Positions 25,268-35,378 of a DNA stretch of 64,000 nt are shown here, piece after piece. Made by a program: the position numbers and the translations under genes. The stretch lies in the NCBI GenBank assembly GCA_964234715.1, contig OZ174281.1. The stretch is one strand, 5' to 3'. The first letter of the stretch is position 1; each line of letters opens with the position of its first letter. The notes beneath the pieces are model-generated. The model had not been told where the DNA came from and did no database searches. It saw nothing but the letters and a program-made list of their open reading frames with translations. The stretch is from Podarcis melisellensis (taxonomy: Eukaryota).

Positions 25268-25460
25268 GATGCACACGATACATTTAAAGCACGTTCCACA
25301 CACACACGGCGTCCCGTCCCCCGTCCCCCAAGAATCCCGGGAACTGTAGTTTTCCTCTAACAGAGGTACAGTTCCCAGCCTCTTTAACAAACTATAGTTT
25401 TCAGGGTTCTCTGGGGGAAACCATGTGGATTGAATGTGCTTTAAACGTAAGGTGTGGATT
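25268..25460. mobile_element. Palindromic MITE-like repeat (related copy about 56293-56410)
   Basis: Inverted ends (...acatttaaagcac / gtgctttaaacgt...) and internal gggaactgtagtt...tacagttccc palindrome; the same motifs recur at 56.3 kb. Confidence 0.55.
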
Positions 25461-25705
25461 TGATGGGAAACTATCACCCTTCTTCAGGCTTGTATCATTC
25501 TTAATACCTGCTGTCCCTCCTCCCCGTGATTCCTTTCAGTTTAACACATCATTAAAAAAAAGAGAGAGCAGAGGGAGGGGGAGAGCGAAGCAATATACAC
25601 ATTTTACCTCTCAGCAAATGGAAACGTTTCATCATTTGCACAGAGGTGTGTGTGCGCGCGCGGGATTATGGCGTAAGCCATTCACAACAATAAAATTAAA
25701 TCAGC

Positions 25706-25723
25706 AGTCGCCAGATGGCAGCT
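25706..25723 (+). promoter_or_regulatory. Candidate CTCF site near PTGR3 exon 1
   Basis: agtCGCCAGATGGCAGct resembles the CTCF core. Motif match only. Confidence 0.35.
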
Positions 25724-25849
25724 GGTACGATTTGATAGGATCACATCGAGTGAATGACTGCGTGCACACGAGAGGGGAGGCCAAAAGGGTGTGAGAAGTT
25801 AGGATAAGCAGTAGGGCACGGAAGTGGGATCGCATACCCCACTCCCAAA

Positions 25850-26700
25850 AAAACACCCACGGAGAAGATGCAAAGAAGAGTTGGCGAAAAGGGAGAGAGA
25901 AAATGACGCGGGGGAGGGGGAAGCAAAATCTCACCTGTTTCTGACAAGCAGATCGCCGTCTCCCGGGAGTGGCACAGGCGCATCGTGTCGTAGGCTCACA
26001 GCCTCTCGGAAGTTTGAGCTCAGCTTCGTCACCACCAGCTTCTTCATGGTGGTGGGGATGGACGAGCCGTGGAAATCCAGAAAGTGGCGGGAGTAGGACA
26101 TGTCCACGATGGGCCGGGGCCGAGCACCACCCAAGCAAGACCGGAGGGGGCTCGCCCAAGGACGCCGCTGCAGCCAGCACAGCTGAGCTCCCCAAGACCT
26201 CAGCAAGGCGCTGCTCTGGGCGTGGAAACTCATGCCTAATCCCGCATCTCGCGCCGTGCTTACCGCCCTTTGCTCGGCTTTCTCCGCACCCCCTGGGCGC
26301 TCTTTCTTCCTCGGCTAGGAGGGTTCTTCCACAGGCATGCAAACCTCAGCACAGGCTGCAGGAGACAGGCTCTGCACAGACCGGTTTGTGTATGTAAATA
26401 AAGTCTAATGCAGCAAGCTGCAGCCTGCCTCGAGACCTCCCTTTCCAGCCCCTCCACAATACAGGAAGCTCAGAGCAGCAGCCGCAGCAGCAAAAAAATC
26501 TGCTGCGGCTGATATTGTGCTACCGTCACTAGTATTTTTTTTAAAAAAAAAGAAAAGAAAAAAGAAACCCAACAACAATATCACAGGGACAAAGTTCTTC
26601 CTGTTTCAGCCCAGCCTGCCCTGCCAAGTTGCTGGTGCCGAGGGAACACAAACGTCGCGCGTTTGTGTAGCCTGCAAACAGAACAGACCTAGACTCACAC
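25850..26700 (-). promoter_or_regulatory. PTGR3 CpG-island promoter/first exon region
   Basis: CpG-rich tract covering exon 1 and its upstream region. Boundaries approximate. Confidence 0.65.
25935..26233 (-). CDS. PTGR3: PTGR3 (ZADH2) coding exon 1
   Basis: ...[38 protein letters not shown]...[14 protein letters not shown](R) matches the PTGR3 N-terminus. First in-frame ATG after an in-frame TAG is at 26233 (alternative ATG at 26101). Donor GT at 25934. Confidence 0.93.
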
Positions 26701-29700
26701 AAGCGTATGTTGGTGATCACAGCATCTACGGATTTCTTTCACTCGGGGGGGGTGAAAGGATTTTTTTGTGGGGAGTGGTTAATCCCCACGATCTTTCTAT
26801 TTGAATTTTTTATGGGGTGTGATCTGCATGCCGAGGAAGGGAGCCCCGTCGTTATTGCATATTAAAAGCTTGCCGAATCTACCACCCCCCTCCCGCTCCT
26901 TCCAGCTCTTTCCTTTAGAAAAAGACCGAGCTGCGCTTCCTATGTTAGCTATCTATCTGTATATATAAAGGAAAGCTCGGAGACGTTATTAGATCGAATA
27001 AGGGTTAAGGCTTGCAGAGAGAAGTTGCAGCTAATCTGGCAATGTTGTTATTAGGAGCCTCCTGGAGCCGCTGGCTGCAGCCACAGGCCCCTCCCCTTCC
27101 GTGCGAAACGTTCACTTCCTCGTAAGGTGGTACAAATCAACCCAGAGCCGCTAGCTACCGCTAGTGGAAACAGCACTTGCATTTGGGAAGGCAGAAAAAC
27201 AACAGCGATTTACGAAAGGATTTAAAGCATCTTTAAGGATCTGAGTTTGTGTGTATGTGTGAGCGCCATTTAAAGACACCCCCCCCAAACACAAAATACT
27301 GCTTGTGTCCTCCTGGTCTTCAGGAACACATGAAATGCGCTTTACAGCCTCATAGATTTTATAACCCTATATAACAAGATAGACTGGTAAATCCATTGAC
27401 TCGCCTTCCTCCCCACAATAGCTATGGCATTAAATAATATTGCCATATATTTATTTTTGGCCTAATATCCGTGTCTCCTTATCTAGGATAGTGCTTCTAA
27501 ATCTGTCTCTGCAATGTTCAGCACTGCTTTTTGGATAGGTAGCATATGTCTTGGTCAACCGACTCCTATAAAAAATGTTTTACAAAAGCTGCCAATTTTG
27601 TTTGGTAGCGTTGGATGGAGATGGCATGAAAAGCACGCGCAAAACTGTTCCAGTAATGTCATGGCAGAAATCCTATTTCTTAATCGCATAATGTTAATAA
27701 CTGATTTTAAATCTCAATCTGTCAATTAATCTACATTTTACACTGAAGAGCACTTTCAGGACATTCCTAAACACGTCTACTCAGTTCAATGGAACTTACT
27801 CTCGAGTTACCCCCTAAATCTCGCTGCTCTCTTATCTGAATCTCCATCAATGGAAAACCCATTCAGCCATATATTTATGATGCAGTTTTTCTTCTTCTTA
27901 GCATCAGCTTAGAAATATGCAAACTTTTTTTAGAAGTCCTAAGTTTAGAGTGTGTCTGCCCCCACCCCCGCAAGAAGCAACTCTCTTAAGTTTTCTAGAA
28001 CTTGCATTGTGCACCCCATGCGTTAGATTCTACACTGCAGCCAGTTGAGCTTTATTTATAACCAATTCTGGTACATTTGTCTCCCTCGAAAAACAATCTT
28101 TAAAAATATTTGTTAAGAACTTTCCGCCGTGACTTTTATTCTTGATAGGCAAAAATAAACAAAAGGAAAAGGAGGGGTGAAATCAAACAAAGCAATTAAA
28201 AAGATTGACAGGTATGGTTCTGTATGAGACCTATTTGTAATTGTCAGGGTGACGTTGGCAAGAGGAGGAGGAGTAAAAAAAATCTGAAGCAGGAAAAGCA
28301 GCTCGATGTGTCTGTCTATCAGTTGAGACTGTCTGAAAGCTCTGGGATCTGAATGTGTGCTATATTTCAGTGAAAAGAGAAGAGAGGAAGAGTGGATCTC
28401 TTTCTCTCCCAGGAGTTTAAACGAGGGGGGGGGACAGTTCACGTTAATCTCTCCCACTCTGTGAATGTCTCTGCTTCTCTCTCTCCCCGCACCCCCGCCC
28501 TTTCAACACACTCTCTGGGGGTTGCCTGGTTTGGGGGCTTTTGTTTGTTTTCTGTTGCAGATCAAGATCAACTAAAAAAAATATTCCATGTTAAAAACGT
28601 GTTCGCATTATACTAGTATCAGAAGAAGCTGCGATCTTTGGAAGGAAAAAGAGAGAGAGGGGAAGCGAGGCAGAAAAGTAGTCCTCTCCGATGGTGCCAC
28701 TGTTTGATCTGTGACTCTCTGGAAGGTGGAGGAGTGACTGACATTTCCCATCCGGTGTTATCTGTATGTATGGGGGCTTTACTCCTCTCTTTTTTTTTTT
28801 ACTGTTTGCTTTCTTGCTCAGACTAAGTGATGGGAGGAGAAGGGAAGACCGGATCGACCTCGTTTTCTGCACAATGAAAAAGCTATTATCGGCGCGATAA
28901 AAACCACCATCGCCAAAATCCACGAGCTTTTCTGAAACAAGCCAGAGAGCGAGAAAGTTGGGCTTTGAGACTCTTTGATCTTGGAGAAAGGCTTGCGCGC
29001 GGAGCGGAGCGGGGGGGGGGCGGTGGAGGCGAGTGAAGCGGAGGAAGAGCGCCTGAATCCACCACCATCTCCTCGTTTGCTGTGTTCTGCTCCGCTCTCT
29101 GCCAAGGCGAAGAAGCAGAAGAAGTAATCAAGGAAGGGTGGAGGAAAGAAGAAGGGGCAAAGGAGGAGGAGGAGGAGGAAAAAAGACCGGATCAAGCAAA
29201 CGGATTTGAGCTGCACGTCGCCGGAGCGAGCCAGCCTCTTCATCTTGTCCATCTCCCTGCCGCTTGCATCTTCGACGGAGGGACCCGAGGCGCGAGGGAA
29301 GAGCGAGCAAGCGAGCGAGAGCTTTGTTTTGCGTACCGAAGTAACTTTTCCCTCCCTTCCTCCAAAAAAAGAAGAATAGAAGCCGCTGAAAAGACGGGAG
29401 GAGGAGGAGGAGGGCGAGAAGGGTGTGTGCGCGCGCCTGTGTGTGGACGGGGGGATCGGAAGGTCAGAAACCAACCTTGTCAATGAAAACATTGCCTCAG
29501 CGAGTTTTTGGAGCGGCGGCGGCGGCAACTGGCATCACCGTGCCCAGCCTGGGGGCCGCCGCATCCCACCACCACCACCAAGCCCACCACCGCCGTCACC
29601 TGCCCCCGCTCGGCAGCCTCTGCTCCTCCGCGGCGCCGCGAGGAGCTGCCCGGAGAGAAGGACGCGAGGGGAGCCTCCAGCGCCGAGCAGAGACCCCGCG

Positions 29701-29931
29701 CAAACTTTTTTTGCCCCCTCCCTCCTTCCCTTCCCCACCTTGCACTCTCCCCTGAGCGGAACCCGAAGTTGAGGGAGCCCGTTTGCCGGCCCCCCACCTC
29801 CGTCCCCTCCCTCCCTCCCCCTTCCTTCCCTCCATCCTTCTCCCTCCCCCCCTTTTTTATTAGTGTTTTGTGTATGTTTGTTTCTGCATGAAAAGAGTGG
29901 GGATTGCAAGAGTCCTGTGCGGAAACTCTCC

Positions 29932-30010
29932 AGCGGCGGCGGCGGCGGAGGGAGGAGGAGGAGAAGGAGGAGGCGGCGGTGGTGGCGGCGGAGGAGGAGG
30001 AGGAGGGCGG
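29932..30010 (+). repeat. Imperfect (GGC)/(GGA)/(GGT) triplet tract upstream of TSHZ1 ATG
   Basis: Direct reading: gcggcggcggcggcggagggaggaggaggagaaggaggaggcggcggtggtggcggcggaggaggaggaggagggcgg. Confidence 0.9.
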
Positions 30011-30035
30011 CTGAAGAGACGGCGGCAACACCAGC

Positions 30036-30075
30036 ATGCCGAGGAGAAAGCAGCAAGCTCCCCGGCGCTCTGCAG
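30036..30075 (+). CDS. TSHZ1: TSHZ1 (teashirt zinc finger homeobox 1), coding exon 1
   Basis: ATG CCG AGG AGA AAG CAG CAA GCT CCC CGG CGC TCT GCA G|gtaac = MPRRKQQAPRRSA(A), the teashirt-family 40-nt first exon. A at -3, in-frame TGA 24 nt upstream. Head-to-head position with PTGR3 identifies the paralogue as TSHZ1. Not in the ORF track. Confidence 0.93.
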
Positions 30076-33000
30076 GTAACCCCCCGCCTCCCGCCCGCCT
30101 CCCCGCAGCCCCTCGCTCGCACTTTCCCACTCGGCCGCCGCTCTCCTCAGTCCGACCCGGAGAGGGGAGGGGTTAGTGTGGAGCCCAGCGAGGCCTGCAG
30201 CGCAGATTCCCAACTCTCTCTTTTCTCTTTCCACCCCACCGGAGAGAGGTTAAATTAGGCCTTGAATGTCTTAGGGAGAGTCTTCCTGTCTCAATAAAGG
30301 GCGGGCGGAGAAAGGGGGGGCACGTTCTTGGGGTTGGTGGGTTGCAGGCAACATTTCTTGGGGAGAAGGCTTGGTCTTAGTTTGCACTTCCCGGCAGGCA
30401 AAGGTGGAAGCCAGAAAGAGCAGCCTCTTGAGGTGTGTCACTCCGCTCCTGGGGTTTTTTAATTTTAAAAAAGCTTCCCCATCCTCTTTGGCTTGGTGCT
30501 GCCAGCGCATTTGGCTCTGGAAACTTCATTTTGTCACATTGGCTGGTTGGCTGCCTGTTGGGGCACTGGGAAGGGGGAGTTAGGGAGAATGCATCTTGGG
30601 CTCTGTTTGTCCAGTGTGTTGCAGAGGTGTGTAGTGTGTGTGTGTGTGTGTGTGTATACGTACAAGTGATGGCTTGCTTTCAAAGTGTGTCAGATGAGCT
30701 GCTCAGGCCAAACCTGACACTTGCAGAGCAACAAAATGGGATACAAGGAGGGAGCTGGCCAGTGCAGTTTGCTGGAAAAAACAGCAGCCTTTAATGTCAT
30801 GTTGGAGAGGCTTTTTTTATTACCTCTAAAGATGCCTTTTGATCAGGCAAACACGAGGCAGTGATAGTGCAGAAATCTGATTGAAGAGAAAACTTATTTT
30901 TNNNNNNNNNNNNNNNNNNNNNNNNNNNNNNNNNNNNNNNNNNNNNNNNNNNNNNNNNNNNNNNNNNNNNNNNNNNNNNNNNNNNNNNNNNNNNNNNNNN
31001 NNNNNNNNNNNNNNNNNNNNNNNNNNNNNNNNNNNNNNNNNNNNNNNNNNNNNNNNNNNNNNNNNNNNNNNNNNNNNNNNNNNNNNNNNGGGCAACTTTT
31101 CTCCTCTCTCCCTGTTTTCCCTCCCTTCTCCATTTTAATTCCCTCTCAGAAGTTTTACAGCTGCAGCATCCCTTAACTCAGCACACCTACTAATCCATTT
31201 CTAAAACCCTGGTGTGTGTCAGCAGTTGCAGTGTATTTCAGTGTAACATTTAAAATAGCCCAGCAGTTCTTATTGATGCATCTGCTGAGATCTTAACTCA
31301 TTTTGTGCCTTATGAAACACTGCCTCTCTGTTTCAAAGTTCATCTCATTCAATTTCCTGATATTCTTTCCAAAACTCGCTTTCAGGGTTGAGGATAAAAT
31401 AGAGCAAATAACGACATATCTTGTTCTTAAAAGGTTTTATTTTGTTTTTTTGTGAAACATCAGTAAATATTTTATAAAACAGTCCACGGATCTGTTCACA
31501 CATTTGTTCAAAGATAACTTTCGCTTTTTGAGCTCCCACCCCTTTTGTTTTCTACATGTGTCAAATTCTGGAACCATTAAGTTCGTAAAATAGAGGTTAC
31601 TCCTCCAATAAAACAAAGGAATAATATATTGATGCATGAATTATTTAACTATGTTAATAATTTGCATTAAATGCGTGGTACTGTAAGGCAGGAATGTTAA
31701 CTACTGCTGTAGGAGGTGACTTTGATGTTGAGGATTAACAACAGGAAGTGAAGCAGGAGACAGCATTTATATATTAGTATAGTAGCTTGAGACTTTTGAA
31801 GACAGTATTGGATATGTTTTCATTGACCATATTCTATGGATTGCATAGGATTTTAGCCTTTTCTGTTGCAAAGTTTTATCGTTTCTCTTGGGTATTTTTT
31901 TTTTTTAGAAAACCCTTTCTGAATGCCAAGGAATGGCAGTATCTTGGAAATATAGACAGAGAAAGAGTTTATTGCTCATGTGCTGATTTGAAGAACTTTT
32001 CCTGCAACTTGTAATTATAAAAAGTGGCAAGGGAAATATGAGAAGGGAAAGGTACTGCAACTTTAAATGCCATATTATATATATGGGTTTGAAAGTTGAC
32101 ANNNNNNNNNNNNNNNNNNNNNNNNNNNNNNNNNNNNNNNNNNNNNNNNNNNNNNNNNNNNNNNNNNNNNNNNNNNNNNNNNNNNNNNNNNNNNNNNNNN
32201 NNNNNNNNNNNNNNNNNNNNNNNNNNNNNNNNNNNNNNNNNNNNNNNNNNNNNNNNNNNNNNNNNNNNNNNNNNNNNNNNNNNNNNNNNNNNNNNNNNNN
32301 NNNNNNNNNNNNNNNNNNNNNNNNNNNNNNNNNNNNNNNNNNNNNNNNNNNNNNNNNNNNNNNNNNNNNGGGGTGAACCCACCTTAAAATAGAGCCAAAA
32401 TCATATTTTAGTTTAAAGGATATTAAGAGAGCACATGTTCTAAGAGCCCAATGTTTTGAAGTGAGAGTTTAAAGAAGAGATTTCATACTACATTATTTTG
32501 CGAAAGCTTAATAACTAAATGGTTTTACTGTACTTTGATTCCAAACTTTGACACTGTTTATAGCTTTTATCCTTGCTTTCTCACAAATCAATTATTAAAC
32601 GATCCTCTGAAGCTTCTGCACTATAGTCTAGCCAGCACCTTTTCATTTTCATTTATACTTATGCTGCCAATGTTGTTGTGTGTATACACACAACTCTTTG
32701 GTAGGCAAAGAATCAGAAAATCAGTTGAATTGGTGAAAATGTCTGGACTCATCCCAGAGATATTTGAAAAGAATTGAATATTAATTAAAATATTTATAGA
32801 TGAAAATCTATGCTTTCTTGTACAATGTTGACAGATAACATATACAGGGTGGCAGACCAAACCTCATGCCAGTTAAGCTAGGCAGTTGGATCGTATTGCT
32901 GGCTTGAATGGAACTAGATCGGCTTAACTCCAACCACTTTGGCTTAATTGGGATGTAGAGTTGGCTGTGAAAGAACTAATATATGCTTGAACCACTCAGA

Positions 33001-33339
33001 GTACAGTTCCTGGCAAAGTTTCCTCTGTTAAATTGTATCCAAAACGGTACCATTGTTTTGTACACATAAATCTGTTTTCTAAAGTGTTTTTCACTTAATG
33101 CACACCGTATTAGTGGAATATTGTTTCATAAAGCCTCATATTGACCACTTCCATGTCTACGTTCTTTAGTGATGAGATTCTCTGAGTGTATCTTAGTGTC
33201 AAATAATTGATTGTTGGGTAGCTAGGATGTGGCTGGATGACAGATGTGGAATTGCAATACTTCATAGTGATGGGAGAGGAAGGGACAATTATCTAAATGA
33301 ATCCCCCCCCCCTTTTAAAAAAAAACCAAAATAATGTTA

Positions 33340-33494
33340 AAAGCAAATGGTCCTTTTGTAATGAAGCGGCTTCTTAATTATCAAAAAAGGTAAGGTTGTT
33401 TAGCCGGCTTCATTAACAGGGCCCTAATTATCTGTAAACCTGATGGATTTGTGACAGGCTTAACGATTAATGCCGACAAATTCAGTGAGGTGTC
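33340..33494. promoter_or_regulatory. Candidate HOX-PBX/MEIS enhancer (runs into N-block)
   Basis: TGATGGAT (33441-33448) followed 3 bp later by TGACAG (33452-33457), plus several TAAT/ATTA cores. Confidence 0.55.
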
Positions 33495-35211
33495 NNNNNN
33501 NNNNNNNNNNNNNNNNNNNNNNNNNNNNNNNNNNNNNNNNNNNNNNNNNNNNNNNNNNNNNNNNNNNNNNNNNNNNNNNNNNNNNNNNNNNNNNNNNNNN
33601 NNNNNNNNNNNNNNNNNNNNNNNNNNNNNNNNNCTTAATGACCTCAGTAATCTTTGCTTTTAACTCTGCAATAAAACTAAAACAGAAAAAAATCCCTTAC
33701 TCTACAGTTTTTATTCCCATGCTGAAGACTCAAATGGCAACTGAACCTCCACTCGATGTGATATTGTTAGTGAAAGTCAAAGTGGCATCTGCCCTAACCA
33801 ATCTTAACCAAAAGTTTGAAAAAGTCATTGCTTTGATGGGTACATATTTTTGTTGTCATCCTTAAGCATGTAGCCATGTAGTTATAAGCAGTTGGAGATT
33901 TCTGCACCCCTCCTCCTTGGTTTTTTTTAAATAAAACAGTAATGTGGATGGATTTATATACAGACATGTATGTGCATCTTTTGGGGGAAAAAGCATACGT
34001 GGCAAACATTAGTTTCCTTAGTTCTGTCATGATGGGAACAAGAAAAATTGATATGAGTGATGCTTGTTTCCACAGCTGAGCAGGGTGGTTGGTGGGCTGG
34101 AAGAGACCACACAAATACAGTCAATACCACGTTTAGCAGGACATTTAGTAATTGAAACCTTTGTTGGGAGTTGCAGCAGATAAAATGATACTTTACAGTG
34201 CAACCCTATGCATGTCTACTTGCAAGTAAGTCCTGTTGAGTTTAATGGGGCTTACTGCCAGGTTACTTACCTGGAAGCAAGCTCCACTGAAAATAGTACG
34301 TCCGAGTAAATATAAGTCAGGCTGTACTGTTAGCAATCTTTTGAAGACAGACCTTACTATTTACTACATGGTTTATATTGAATATGTCACATAATCAGAA
34401 TTTAGAAGGTGTGTGTGTGTCTGTGTGCATGTGCATGTGTGCATATGTATAGTGCCTGCCCCTCCTTTTACTCCCCCCCCAGCTAATCTCTGTAGTTCCA
34501 CAGTGTTACGTAGCTGAGTTACTACGTTAATGCTAAATGAGATAAAACCCTCTCATTGTAAGATCTCCCAAGATATACTCTCTAAACATGTAAGGCCTGG
34601 ATAAACAATTTATCTTGGTGGCACAGCTATAATCGCTGCCCTCTCACCCTATACACACAGGTTGTAATCCCAATGGGAGGGTAGACAGCATGTATTTACA
34701 TGTGTCTCTTTGTTAGTATTTTGTCAGCTACTTAAGGAAGCAGTGTTCTCTTGAGCGGGACTGACCAAAAAAGCCCACCACACTGAATAGGTTATCACCA
34801 CCTGCTTATGTTTTTGCATGCTGAAATCTAATTCTGATTCTGATTATTACTATTAATATTTATTCATATGAAACAATGAAAATATCATAAGGCAGTTTTA
34901 AAGGTAGGCAGAAATACCCCTTAAAAAAAGATATTGAATTGTAAGCATGTCTTTATTTTCTGCTCCGTGCATCCTTTTCAGCCTAACTGTTAGCAAACAA
35001 TAGATAATTTCCTTTCATTGCTTATTTATGTTAATATTATGATAATGTATTAGTTGTTTGGTATACTTTGAATTTAGTCAAAAAGAGAGAGAGATGACAG
35101 TGTCATTTTTGCTCTCAGTTCTAGCTGTCTTTTATACTGCAAGTGAATTTGTAATGATAGCTGTCTTAGATCAGTTGCCTATAGAGCTAAATTTGAGGGA
35201 AAGAGTAATTA

Positions 35212-35378
35212 CCGTATTTTCCCATCTATAAGATGCCCCCATGTATAAGATGACCCCTATTTTGGGGGACTCAGATTTAAGAAAATGCGGTGGGGGAGAT
35301 GAATCCGTGTATAAGACGCCCCCTAATTTTTGACATTTTAAAGGGAAAAAACCTAGTCTTATACATGGAAAAATACGG
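35212..35378. mobile_element. Tc2/Kanga-like MITE (Tc1/mariner superfamily)
   Basis: TA-CCGTATTTTCCCAT...ATGGAAAAATACGG-TA terminal inverted repeats, TA TSD, internal TATAAGA repeats. Confidence 0.85.

Larger units (their letters stand above)
18769..25934 (-). other. PTGR3: PTGR3 intron (GT-AG, phase 2, 7166 bp)
   Basis: Donor AG|gtgaga at 25934 and acceptor ctag| at 18769; the join AG+A restores Arg in ...LLVRNR-FVG... Confidence 0.93.
28850..30330 (+). promoter_or_regulatory. TSHZ1 CpG island (promoter / 5' leader)
   Basis: Very GC/CpG-rich tract with GGA/GGC runs immediately upstream of and spanning the TSHZ1 ATG. Boundaries approximate. Confidence 0.8.

Noticed and set aside
25701-26397. 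213-aa and 142-aa ORFs overlapping PTGR3 exon 1
   Set aside because: Alternative-frame or antisense products of a CpG island; the 213-aa ORF starts at TTG and crosses the splice donor.
28818-30258. Multiple Pro/Gly/Arg-rich ORFs of 110-236 aa
   Set aside because: Low-complexity translations of the TSHZ1 CpG island and triplet repeats; only the ATG-initiated uORF at 29888 was kept as a hypothesis.
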